A stretch of DNA of 38,646 nt, taken from the NCBI GenBank assembly GCA_016839515.1, contig JAEOUE010000114.1, positions 1-38,646 on the forward strand, read 5' to 3'. The translations under genes were made by a program, and so were the position numbers. The notes under the pieces are model-generated. The model saw only the letters and a program-made list of their open reading frames with translations, did not search any database and was not told where the DNA came from. Source of the stretch: Candidatus Hodarchaeum mangrovi (lineage in GTDB: Archaea > Asgardarchaeota > Heimdallarchaeia > Hodarchaeales > Hodarchaeaceae). Shown piece by piece: positions 1 through 9,526 of this stretch (within the stretch, counting starts at the first letter, position 1; each line of letters opens with the position of its first letter).

Positions 1-63
1 GAGATATTTTTTTGCTTTCAATTGCAATATTATATTCTATGGTTTTTAAAAAAATTGCAGGTA

Positions 64-921
64 TTATTCAAGTGTACGAATTTCCTGTAGGAGCTCTAGA
101 ACTTCCTGTAATTTTTGATCCAGTAATTCAACAGATTTTTCTTTTTCATTGACTGACAAATTGTCTTTCTCAATAAGATGTATTGCACTAGCAATTATTT
201 GAATGATATTTGCTAAATCATGGCTGTATTTATCTTTTAATTGAAAATTATACAGGTTGGATCGACTATTTTCAAGATGAATTAATAAAACAACCGTCAT
301 CACCGTTACTGCGATAGCAAATGAATTGATAATAGTTAATGCCACTAAATCCTCGATTTGTGAAGAGGTAACACTTAAATTTATGCCTCCTAAAGTAAAC
401 AGAGAAAAAACAACCATATGAATGGTCCCAACTATAACCATCGCATAAAACCATTTTACACTCTCTCCAACTGTTTCTTTAAAATTTTGACCTTCAATAA
501 GACCAAAAATATATAAGAACATTAATATTAAAAAACTACCTAAGATAGAGAATGTAACAGCAGTTGATAAATTAAAAATAATAAGAATTATTAACGGGGA
601 GACAATTAATACTAGAGTCACAAAAAATATGGTTTTTACTGGTATATGATAGAAATAGACAATAATACTTGTTGATATGAGAAATGAGCCTACTAACGTT
701 GATATTCCAAACAGGAAATCGAAGATTTCAACTAGATTGACATCTAATGAAAATTGTGAAATAAGTTGTAAAATACTCCCAAATGTCCAAATACTCCACC
801 CAGCAACTTGGGCTTTAAATCTTTTATTCTTTCTCTGAATAAGAAAGTCAATACCCACCCCTAATCCTATCATTCGAATAAATGCTAGCGAAATTTGATT
901 GAAAACAACAATGACTTCCAT
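64..921 (-). CDS. 7-TM membrane protein with C-terminal HisKA/DHp-like helical segment and no HATPase domain
   Basis: Seven hydrophobic segments, then KDKYSHDLANIIQIIASAIHLI (H-box-like SHDLxN). The ORF stops about 50 aa later with no N/G1/G2 boxes. Confidence 0.7.
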   Translation of the reverse strand: MEVIVVFNQISLAFIRMIGLGVGIDFLIQRKNKRFKAQVAGWSIWTFGSILQLISQFSLDVNLVEIFDFLFGISTLVGSFLISTSIIVYFYHIPVKTIFFVTLVLIVSPLIILIIFNLSTAVTFSILGSFLILMFLYIFGLIEGQNFKETVGESVKWFYAMVIVGTIHMVVFSLFTLGGINLSVTSSQIEDLVALTIINSFAIAVTVMTVVLLIHLENSRSNLYNFQLKDKYSHDLANIIQIIASAIHLIEKDNLSVNEKEKSVELLDQKLQEVLELLQEIRTLE

Positions 922-1166
922 TATAATCCATCAACAAAAAAATGTGGTAAGATAATTTCTATTTTTTCAAAGAAATACATAAACATTTAAACAATTCTAT
1001 TTTTAGGAAAAATAAAGAAAATTAAGGATAATTCCTTTCAAATCATATGAAATGTATTCTTTAAATCTAAATATGGAGAACTTGATCTCATTGAGCTATA
1101 ATACTGATGAAATCTGTAGACTATCTTCTTCCTCATCTATTATCATTATAAAATCAAAGCATTAGT

Positions 1167-1847
1167 CTACTTTGACATAATTTTCTGTAAAATGTAAAAT
1201 ATTGATCTTGCTTTCGAGGGATTGGTTTTGAAATTATCTATCTCTTGTTGTTGTTGTTCTAAAACTTCCAGTGCTGAAGAATCTTTCACAATTCGTTGTC
1301 TTAATTCATCAATTCGACTCTCCAAAGGTCTATAGTAATCTACCCACCACGCATCCTTAGGTAAGGCAAAATAATCCAGTAATTTATAGTTATATTTTTT
1401 TATCAATGTTCTACTAGTTGGCAATGTCTTTATATCATCATGAATAACCAAAAATCCATTAGTCTTAAGCAAACGTCTCCATTGTTTTAAACTCTCTTCA
1501 AATCGAATGAAATACCCCACTCCCTCCGCCCAAATTAAATCAAAACTTTCATCTTGGAAATTCATTTCATAGAAGGAACATTTTATAGTTTTTATCCTAT
1601 TTTCTAACTTTTTTTCTTTGATTTTTTTATTAAGCTTATCTAAAGCTAATTGATCAGTATCTAAAGCAAATATTGTCCCAGTTGATAGCTTTGCTAGCTC
1701 CATTGTTGGAATCCCAGATCCGCAACCAATGTCAAGTATAAAGGGATTATCCAGTTTAGGAAGAGTAAGAAATGCTTTTCGTGTGTATTTAAGGAAGTTA
1801 GCTCTAAATTGATCGCGATTTATTTTCTCTAAGATATTTTCAGACAA
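1167..1847 (-). CDS. Class I SAM-dependent methyltransferase
   Basis: Motif I ILDIGCGSG, post-I ALDTD, FDLIWAEG, LLKTNGFLVI; TTG start. Confidence 0.9.
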   Translation of the reverse strand: MSENILEKINRDQFRANFLKYTRKAFLTLPKLDNPFILDIGCGSGIPTMELAKLSTGTIFALDTDQLALDKLNKKIKEKKLENRIKTIKCSFYEMNFQDESFDLIWAEGVGYFIRFEESLKQWRRLLKTNGFLVIHDDIKTLPTSRTLIKKYNYKLLDYFALPKDAWWVDYYRPLESRIDELRQRIVKDSSALEVLEQQQQEIDNFKTNPSKARSIFYILQKIMSK

Positions 1848-2007
1848 AAGTATTTCTCTCCAATGTTTTATTTCTTGATAAAATAGAGTCTTTTTCCATG
1901 AATTTTTTCTAAAAATCGAATCATTGATCTTTAATATGATTCAGCTTTTACTACTTTCTTATATTAAAAGTCCTAATAAATATCGATACTAAACCTAAGG
2001 TGATTGG

Positions 2008-3435
2008 ATGAAGAAATATGATCTAATAGTTATAGGAACTGGATCTGCGATGAATCTAGTGGGGCCGATTCTTCAACAGAATCCATCAATGAAAGTTGCA
2101 GTTATAGATAAAGATGAACCTGGGGGTATCTGCCTAACACGTGGATGTATTCCCTCAAAAATCTTACTTTATCCTGCAGAATTAGTTCGCGAAATTGAAC
2201 ATGCTAAAAAACTTGGTATCAATGTTGAAATTAAAAGTGTTAGTTTTTCTGAAATTATGAGCCGAATGAGATCATTGATTGATGAGGATATTGAGCACAT
2301 TAAGGAAGGCCTATCTCATGCAGAGGATATTGATTATTATCCTACTATAGCAGAGTTTATCGCTCCCTATCAACTTAAGGTTGGAGATGAAATAATCACT
2401 TCAAAAATGATATTTCTATGTACAGGATCTAAATCTATTATACCTCCTATTAAGGGGCTTGAAGAAATTGGCTATCATACTAGTGATAGTATTTTACATC
2501 TCAAAATGCTCCCTAAAAGTATGATAATCATTGGAGGAGGCTATATTGCTGCAGAATACGGCCATTTTTTCTCTACTATGGGATCAAAAGTGATAATCAT
2601 TGGTAGAAATCCTCAATTTCTTCCTCAAGAAGAACCTGAAGTTTCAAAGCTAGCTAAAAAAGAGCTCTCGAAGCATATGCAAGTTTTTACAAATCATGAA
2701 GCTCTCGAAATAAGACTCAACGGAGATTTCAAGGAACTGACGGCTAAAAATAGAGATAACGGTAGTTTGGTTAAGTTTTCAGCTGAAGAAATTCTTATTG
2801 CAACAGGAAGAGGGTCTAATAGTGACATTTTACATCCTGAGAAAGCAGGAATAGAAACTGATGAAAACGGATGGATTAAAGTAGATGAATATCTTGAATC
2901 CTCTCAGTCAAATGTCTGGGCATTTGGAGATGCCAATGGAAAATATCTCTTTAAGCATGTGGGAAATTATGAATCAATGATAGTTTATTATAATGCGATC
3001 CTGAAGAATAAAGTCAGGGTGGATTATCATGCAATCCCTAGTGCAGTATTTATGTATCCAGAAATTGCTAGGGTAGGGCTAGGTGAAAAAGAAGCCATTA
3101 GAAAATATGGTGAAAATAATCTCCTGATTGGGTATCAGAAATATGAGGATACAGCTAAAGGGATGGCTATGGATGTTAAGGATTTTTTTGTAAAAGTTAT
3201 CCTTGATAAGAATCAAAAAATTTTAGGAGCACATATTATTGGACCACAGGCAAGTATTTTAATTCAAGAAATCATTACTCTTATGTATACACCAGAAAAA
3301 AATAGTTATCCAATTAATCGAGGTATGCATATTCATCCTGCCTTGAGTGAAGTTGTTGAAAGAGCATTTGGTGGATTGATGCGACCAAGAGATTATCATG
3401 CCTTTCTAGAGGGAGTGACTCGTCACCATCATTGA
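2008..3435 (+). CDS. Pyridine nucleotide-disulfide oxidoreductase class I (dihydrolipoyl dehydrogenase / mycothione reductase-like)
   Basis: FAD motif DLIVIGTGS, redox disulfide GGICLTRGCIPSK, NAD(P) motif IIGGGYIAAE, WAFGD, C-terminal HIHPALSE. Confidence 0.9.
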   Translation: MKKYDLIVIGTGSAMNLVGPILQQNPSMKVAVIDKDEPGGICLTRGCIPSKILLYPAELVREIEHAKKLGINVEIKSVSFSEIMSRMRSLIDEDIEHIKEGLSHAEDIDYYPTIAEFIAPYQLKVGDEIITSKMIFLCTGSKSIIPPIKGLEEIGYHTSDSILHLKMLPKSMIIIGGGYIAAEYGHFFSTMGSKVIIIGRNPQFLPQEEPEVSKLAKKELSKHMQVFTNHEALEIRLNGDFKELTAKNRDNGSLVKFSAEEILIATGRGSNSDILHPEKAGIETDENGWIKVDEYLESSQSNVWAFGDANGKYLFKHVGNYESMIVYYNAILKNKVRVDYHAIPSAVFMYPEIARVGLGEKEAIRKYGENNLLIGYQKYEDTAKGMAMDVKDFFVKVILDKNQKILGAHIIGPQASILIQEIITLMYTPEKNSYPINRGMHIHPALSEVVERAFGGLMRPRDYHAFLEGVTRHHH

Positions 3436-3548
3436 TCCTTTTTAGATGGGTTAAATTTCCTTTAAAAACATCATTTCCTATCCCTATAACAGTTTCTGAG
3501 TTTAGTAATTATAAAATAAGAAGAAAAAGATGAGCTAACTCAACCTTT

Positions 3549-4496
3549 TTACCTTCTAACTTCTCCCGATATTATCTTTCCTTGTTTAGACTGAACTTCG
3601 AGGTGAAGATTTAGCGAAAGAATCTCTGAATCATTTCTGCGAAGTTGGATAAGCTTGTACGCAACTAATAAAAAGCTTAAAAACGAAAAACCAAAGATAA
3701 TTACCCAAAAAATGAAAGAAATATCGATACCAATCTCAAAAATTGTTCGTACGGCATATTCTTCCGCAAGACCACTCCACCAATAGGAAAAACTAAAGAT
3801 ATCAACAATAGTATGACTAATAATCCCTGGTAGTAATGAATTAGAAGAATACGCTAGTATTCCCCAAAGTATCCCAAATACAAATAGATGGAATAAAACT
3901 GGTGCAGCCCATACTTGATGAAGATGCAATATAACGAACATGAAAGCTACAATCATGATTCCTATTGTAGGCCCATAGCGCTGTTCAAGGGGAGTTTGCA
4001 TATATCCACGATAACCAACTTCTTCGAAGATACCAGCTTCAAGTGCTGCCATAATGATGAATATGATGACTGCCCAAAGAGGGTAATCACCATAATTAAT
4101 ACCTATGGTAAACGTTTCTTCAGGAAAGTCAATTAATCGAAAAGTTAAAATTAGAGCTGATTGGATAATTACTACAAGTAGTACTGCTGCTACCAGACTC
4201 CATTTCCAGACATTTTGCGTCAATTTTATCTTTCGAAAATATTTTTTTCTGATCTCTATTGCTCTAACTGGCCTTGTTTGTCCACTGAAAAACCTCCAGT
4301 ACAACCAAAATATAGCAATCATGATCAGAAAGGACCATGGTGCTGGAATGAATGATATGGTAACTAACCATCCAACTATACCTATTTCACAGACAATAAC
4401 TCCTATTATTATCACTTGAATTATTACAGGTATTTTTCTCCATAATCTGATCACTATTTGATCTGTATGATTCTTCATTTCATCATTCCTTTCCAT
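3549..4496 (-). CDS. CPBP family (Rce1/Abi, type II CAAX) intramembrane glutamic endopeptidase
   Basis: Multi-TM; motif 1 FEEVGYRG, motif 2 FVILH, motif 4 SLLPGIISHTIVD. Confidence 0.88.
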   Translation of the reverse strand: MERNDEMKNHTDQIVIRLWRKIPVIIQVIIIGVIVCEIGIVGWLVTISFIPAPWSFLIMIAIFWLYWRFFSGQTRPVRAIEIRKKYFRKIKLTQNVWKWSLVAAVLLVVIIQSALILTFRLIDFPEETFTIGINYGDYPLWAVIIFIIMAALEAGIFEEVGYRGYMQTPLEQRYGPTIGIMIVAFMFVILHLHQVWAAPVLFHLFVFGILWGILAYSSNSLLPGIISHTIVDIFSFSYWWSGLAEEYAVRTIFEIGIDISFIFWVIIFGFSFLSFLLVAYKLIQLRRNDSEILSLNLHLEVQSKQGKIISGEVRR

Positions 4497-4521
4497 AGTA
4501 TTCCATCTCTGAAAAAATTAG

Positions 4522-5289
4522 TTAAGCATGTTTAACTACAATAGTTTCCGCAAGTATGTCAAAACCTCTCTGTCTTTGTGTTTTCTCTGGATTTTGCTGC
4601 TCTAAAATAATACCTAGAATAACATCAACAGGTAAAAATCCTCCGAATATTTTGGTTAAATTACGGACAATTGCTTGTTGCCATGTGATTTTAATTCCTG
4701 AAACATCTACAACAGATAATTTAAGCAATTTTTTCCCCATAGTAGCTGAATAATAACGTTCTAACATCACGAGGTACCCAAAAAAGATCAAGATTGTACT
4801 TCCGAATATGAAAAATAGGACTGTTAAAAACACAATAACTTCCAAAAATGTCAGATCTAATTTCATAGCAATTGGTTCATTCCATGAACTTGCAAAGAAT
4901 TCCGATAATTGGTCAATAGGTACAAATAATGCGAGCAGAGCTAAAATCCCTCCTCCAGTATAGAATAGCATAAAAAAACCTAAAATTACCATGTCAATGA
5001 GATAAGCAGCTATTCGAGTCCACCAACCTGCTCGTTCTGTACCCCATTCTTGACTCTTGGTAAAATTTTTAGCCACATCTCTGGCTGATCCAAAGACCAT
5101 TGAAGGATTATTACTTTTTGAATCTTCCATGGCTGATTGGATGTCCATTCGTAACCCCTTAAGTAGATTATTCTTCAGGGAAGAAGGATAAGGAAGTAGT
5201 TCACTTATTTCTTTAACATATCGATTTATATTATTTATTCGATCTCTTTCATCTTCTTTCATTTTTTCTTGACGCTCCATGAGTCTCAA
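4522..5289 (-). CDS. RDD family membrane protein with N-terminal HAAS (DUF1700-like) domain
   Basis: RDD motifs AGWWTRIAAYLID, ATMGKKLLKLSVV, QRGFDILAETIVV. N-terminus YVKEISELLP...FGSARDVAK fits the HAAS pattern. True start may be the ATG at 5280 or 5262. Confidence 0.85.
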   Translation of the reverse strand: MRLMERQEKMKEDERDRINNINRYVKEISELLPYPSSLKNNLLKGLRMDIQSAMEDSKSNNPSMVFGSARDVAKNFTKSQEWGTERAGWWTRIAAYLIDMVILGFFMLFYTGGGILALLALFVPIDQLSEFFASSWNEPIAMKLDLTFLEVIVFLTVLFFIFGSTILIFFGYLVMLERYYSATMGKKLLKLSVVDVSGIKITWQQAIVRNLTKIFGGFLPVDVILGIILEQQNPEKTQRQRGFDILAETIVVKHA

Positions 5290-5626
5290 TCAATTCTTTA
5301 ACCAAATCTTGAAACTCCATCATACTTTGTTCTAACAACTCCAAAAACTCATACCCCACTTCTGTTAGCGAATAGAAGTTTTGTTGAGTTTCCTCATCTT
5401 TTCGAACTGTAATGAACCCCTCCTCTGTAAGTGTTTTTAGAATTGGATATATATTTGACCCAGCTATGATGTATTTTCCTTGAGTTGCGCCAGATAGCGT
5501 TTTTATTATCTGATACGGGTAGTGAGGTTCTTTAGTAAGTGCTAAAAGTACAAAAGGTTTAGAATAGCCCTTCTTGAACTCTTTTTCCCATTTAGCTAAT
5601 TCTTTCTGTGGTTCCAATGATTTCAA
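5249..5626 (-). CDS. PadR family transcriptional regulator
   Basis: VLLALTKEPHYPYQI, GSNIYPILKTLTEEGFI, FYSLTEVGYEFL; TTG start. Confidence 0.9.
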   Translation of the reverse strand: MKSLEPQKELAKWEKEFKKGYSKPFVLLALTKEPHYPYQIIKTLSGATQGKYIIAGSNIYPILKTLTEEGFITVRKDEETQQNFYSLTEVGYEFLELLEQSMMEFQDLVKELIETHGASRKNERR

Positions 5627-5637
5627 CTCTACTTAAT

Positions 5638-5673
5638 TATACTATAATTCATATATATATAACTTATAGTATA
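5638..5673. promoter_or_regulatory. Perfect 10-bp inverted repeat TATACTATAA-N16-TTATAGTATA, candidate PadR operator
   Basis: Arms 5638-5647 and 5664-5673, 12-47 bp upstream of the PadR start; spacer is an (AT)n tract. Confidence 0.6.
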
Positions 5674-6035
5674 GGCAATAGTACTTTTTGTACTCTCTTC
5701 AATGATATTAAAGGAGAAAGAAATATCAATAAATCAGTTAAAAAAATGGTTGTATTTCAATATAAATTAATATTTAATCTTTCTACTCACTGAAAGTGCA
5801 ATCGTTTGAAATATCGATATTTTATTATTCGATTTTAATGGGAGAAAAAATAAGAAATATTATTCCAGAAGTTAACTAGTTTTGTCGGAATATTTTCATT
5901 TATAGCGTTATATTAACAAATATTTAGACAATCAAGGCATTTTTTCCGAATTATTTGACATTTAAAACTTTTATACCTTTAATTTAGAAATTAAACATTA
6001 GTAGTTTTTCTCCCTAATCTAAAGTTGTGTAAAAT

Positions 6036-6605
6036 ATGGTTGGATTCTCTTCGCATTTTGCAATTGGATTAATGGCCTCGCTTCCTTTTGTAATTCTAGA
6101 TAAGAAAGGTCGCTATCGTACTTTAATAGTAGGGGCTTTTGCGGCTACTCTTCCTGATATTGATGCTCCGGGTGTTTATTTTGAATTTATTGAACATCGG
6201 GGTTTTGTACATTCTCTATTGATGTGGATTCTTGCCAGTATTATAGCTTTAATCTGTACATTCTTATTAGCTGTATATGAGTATAAGCGTAAAAAACAAG
6301 ATTCTTTTTCTGAAGTGATGTTAGATAAATTTTACTATTTTGGAGCATTCGCTATTGGTTGGTTAACGCACTTGATTGCGGATTTTGGTTTTACCTCCTA
6401 TGATGGTCAAAAAGGAGCAATTTTAGACCTTACTTGGGATCATCTTTTTATTCTTGATAATCTCATGGGTCTTTTAGTAGCAATTTTCCTTGGGGTTATA
6501 ATTTGGTTTGAAATTCGAGATAAACCTCTGAGAACTGATGCTGTCGGTCGATTCTATCGTTTTCAACAAAAATTTAAGCCATTTTCGAAAGATAAGGATA
6601 AATAA
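6036..6605 (+). CDS. Membrane-bound metal-dependent hydrolase (YdjM-like)
   Basis: N-terminal SH, ATLPDID, HRGFVHSL, WLTHLIAD motifs; TM helices. Confidence 0.85.
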   Translation: MVGFSSHFAIGLMASLPFVILDKKGRYRTLIVGAFAATLPDIDAPGVYFEFIEHRGFVHSLLMWILASIIALICTFLLAVYEYKRKKQDSFSEVMLDKFYYFGAFAIGWLTHLIADFGFTSYDGQKGAILDLTWDHLFILDNLMGLLVAIFLGVIIWFEIRDKPLRTDAVGRFYRFQQKFKPFSKDKDK

Positions 6606-6617
6606 CTTATTAAAATA

Positions 6618-7091
6618 TCATTTGAAGTTTTTTACTATCTTTCTATCATATACCCACCATATTACGAAGAAAATTCCAAAAATTATCCAATCAATCATCC
6701 AGAAAAGGGGAATAGGAAAATCAACATTTAACAAATCCCAAAGAGGTGTCCACACGGGATCTCCCCAGTTCCATGTTTTCATGAAAACCCATTTAACAAA
6801 CCAATGACCAATATCTTGGAAAAATTGTGCTAAAAACGCACCTCCAATAATTAACAACCAATCAGACTTTTCTCTGGTGATAAACGGTATGATCGAGAGT
6901 AACCCAATGATTAGAAAAGCATACATGATCCAATAAAATGGATAATTAAATTGCTCATAATCGAGATGAACAAATGCTTCTGCCTCAATCCCTCCAAGCA
7001 CCAACGCAATAAAAGTAATCCAAACTATAATAGCTCCTTTATCATATCTATCTAGATCTATTCTTCGACTCTTCATTTTAAAATACCTCAT
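6618..7091 (-). CDS. Hypothetical 4-TM membrane protein
   Basis: ATG start, four hydrophobic segments, Trp-rich, polar motifs GIEAE and FFQDIGHW. Confidence 0.7.
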   Translation of the reverse strand: MRYFKMKSRRIDLDRYDKGAIIVWITFIALVLGGIEAEAFVHLDYEQFNYPFYWIMYAFLIIGLLSIIPFITREKSDWLLIIGGAFLAQFFQDIGHWFVKWVFMKTWNWGDPVWTPLWDLLNVDFPIPLFWMIDWIIFGIFFVIWWVYDRKIVKNFK

Positions 7092-7235
7092 TTATCTGGG
7101 TTCTAGGGGTCTATTTGTATTATCTTAAATCTGTTCTGTGTCTATTTTCTTTTTAACTCATTGATAATCAAAAATTACATCAAGAAAAAACATCCTGTTT
7201 GCAAAACAATTTGATTATCTATTCAAACTAGGACA

Positions 7236-7517
7236 TTACTGAATAGAATGATTCAATTTTTTTCTTTGTGTTTGAAGATACTCAATAATATCTTCCTTTT
7301 TAAAAACTCTACCTGTTTCATAACAAATCCAAAGCTCCTGCAATTTTTCAGGTTCTTCGGGTAAGTAATGTAACCCAATATTATAAATATAACCCGAACA
7401 TAATTTTTTATACATTTCTTTCGGCAATCGTTTAGATTTAGGTATGTTCTTTTTTAACCATCGTTTTCCAATGATATTAGTGTCTCCAGGTTTTCCTAGA
7501 ATTATTTTCCAAGACAT
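7236..7517 (-). CDS. Hypothetical small basic soluble protein
   Basis: 93-aa ATG ORF filling an otherwise empty gap; no family recognised. Confidence 0.55.
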   Translation of the reverse strand: MSWKIILGKPGDTNIIGKRWLKKNIPKSKRLPKEMYKKLCSGYIYNIGLHYLPEEPEKLQELWICYETGRVFKKEDIIEYLQTQRKKLNHSIQ

Positions 7518-7715
7518 TGGGATTCAATCATACCTTGACATTTTAAAAAAGTAAGGTATTAAACAGTCTAGAACTATTTAAACTTTTAGACCTTGAAGTA
7601 CAGTATCTGGATTCAAGATTGATGGGGAATTTCTATTTCTCTTTGATCATATATTAACTCAATAATAATAGAATTACATCATTCAAGCTTTTCAGACTTT
7701 TTAGGAAGTGTTACT

Positions 7716-9437
7716 GTGAGATCCTTAATCTCGGACCCTTTTGATGGACCAAGCTGGTTTGAGAGAGGAAAATATCTTTATAGACGAAGTAAATTTAACG
7801 AAGCGCTTAAAGCTTTCAAACAATCCCTACGATTTAATCCTTCACATTTAGAATCTTGGTACTATATTGGTATATGTAATTTTAAAGAAAATCGATTGGT
7901 AGAAGCCGAAAAAGCCTATCTTAATGCCCTGAATTTGGACAAATCACATGTTGATTCATTATTTCACCTAGGTATCACTTTTTATAAGCAAGGTCGCATT
8001 CTTGAGGCCAAGAAAGTTTTTCAAGAAGTTATAAGTATCCAATCAAGTCATATAGATGCCTATAACAATTTAGGGAAAATTTTGTATAAACAGGGAAGAA
8101 TTAAAGAGGCTGAAAAAATTTTTTGGTCTGCTTTATCTCATCATCCCAATCATCCAATGATTTTATCAAATTTAGGAGTTATTTTTGCTAAAGATAACCA
8201 TTTGATAGAAGCTGAGGAAGCATTTCGCATTTCATTAGAATCGAAACCTAATATTGCTCGTACTTGGACTAATCTTGGATCAGTTCTAGAACAAATGGGA
8301 CGAACCACTGAAGCGGAACAAGCTTATACGACAGCTTTGAAACACAAACCTGAATATAATAACGCTTTACATAAACTCAGAAATCTATTAATGAATATAG
8401 GACGGCCAATGGAATCTTTCAAATTTGCTCTTCTACTGGATGATAAAAATGTTAATGTTTGGACAAATCTGGGAACAATGTTAAAAAATGAAGCCCAGCT
8501 TTCTGAGGCTAAAATTGCTTTTAAAAAAGCATTAAAGATAGATTCTTCCTTAGATGATATCTGGATAAATTTAGGCGAAATTCTTGTTGAAGAAAATCGT
8601 TTTGAAGATGCTGAGCTTACCATTAAAGCTGCATTACATCTCAGGCCATATAATTCTTATGCTTGGAATTTATTAGGAGAAGTATTAGAAAAGCAAAAAA
8701 AATATATAGGGGCAAGAAATGCTTATAGAAGATGTTTAATACATGATCCAGAGTTTGTTTCTGCATGGAACAACTTGGGCCTTTTATTAAGTCATTTAAG
8801 AGATTTTAAACAGGCAAAAGAAGCATTTAAAACATTAATTAACATTCAACCAAATATGAAGGAAGGATGGTTCAATTTAGCAAATCTATTTAGCATGGAA
8901 GGAGATACAGAGAGTGCAATGCCAATGTACCAACATGCTCTTACCTGTTCTCCGAATGATCCAGATATTTGGTATAATTTGGGTATTTTGTTTAAAAAAT
9001 CTGAAAACTTATCTGAAGCAGAAGGGGCATTTCGCAAAGTAGTAAAAATCTTACCAAATCACGCTGTTGCTTGGTATCATCTTGGGTTAGTGCTATTTCA
9101 ACAAGACAAGCTTAATGAGGCAAAGAAAGCCTTCTTAACATCCGTACAACATGAGGAAAGTATCTCTCCTTCTTGGTATTTTTTAGGATGTATATTTTTT
9201 TCTGAAAAGAAATTTGAAAAAACTGAAGAATCGTTTAGAAAAGCGCTGAAATATGATCCCTCAAGTGCAATTTGTTGGGCTAACTTAGGTGCTGTCTTAT
9301 TTCTTAAAAAAAGTTTTGAGGAAGCAATTTACACTTTCAGAATGGCTTTAGTAGCTGCACCAGCGAATTGGTACTACAAGAAATCAGTGAAAAACCTTTT
9401 AGACAAATCACAGCAAAATTCATCTTTAATGAAGTAA
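7716..9437 (+). CDS. Tetratricopeptide repeat protein (about 15-16 TPRs, no other domain)
   Basis: 34-aa periodic W/Y-x-NLG...A...F/Y-x-x-AL...P units over the whole length; GTG start. Confidence 0.92.
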   Translation: MRSLISDPFDGPSWFERGKYLYRRSKFNEALKAFKQSLRFNPSHLESWYYIGICNFKENRLVEAEKAYLNALNLDKSHVDSLFHLGITFYKQGRILEAKKVFQEVISIQSSHIDAYNNLGKILYKQGRIKEAEKIFWSALSHHPNHPMILSNLGVIFAKDNHLIEAEEAFRISLESKPNIARTWTNLGSVLEQMGRTTEAEQAYTTALKHKPEYNNALHKLRNLLMNIGRPMESFKFALLLDDKNVNVWTNLGTMLKNEAQLSEAKIAFKKALKIDSSLDDIWINLGEILVEENRFEDAELTIKAALHLRPYNSYAWNLLGEVLEKQKKYIGARNAYRRCLIHDPEFVSAWNNLGLLLSHLRDFKQAKEAFKTLINIQPNMKEGWFNLANLFSMEGDTESAMPMYQHALTCSPNDPDIWYNLGILFKKSENLSEAEGAFRKVVKILPNHAVAWYHLGLVLFQQDKLNEAKKAFLTSVQHEESISPSWYFLGCIFFSEKKFEKTEESFRKALKYDPSSAICWANLGAVLFLKKSFEEAIYTFRMALVAAPANWYYKKSVKNLLDKSQQNSSLMK

Positions 9438-9526
9438 ATTTTTATGTACAAACATTCTTTCTTATTAAATTATTTTGTGGGTTCTTAAAGATTATAATTT
9501 AACTAACTAAATAAGATGGTTAAGAA

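Noticed and set aside
2008-3435. Mercuric reductase MerA
   Set aside because: No C-terminal Cys-Cys pair, no N-terminal HMA domain and no mer genes.
3549-4496. CPBP protease as the CAAX-processing enzyme for the Rab-like GTPase
   Set aside because: The GTPase has no C-terminal CAAX/CC motif, and prokaryotic CPBP proteins are widespread without prenylation.
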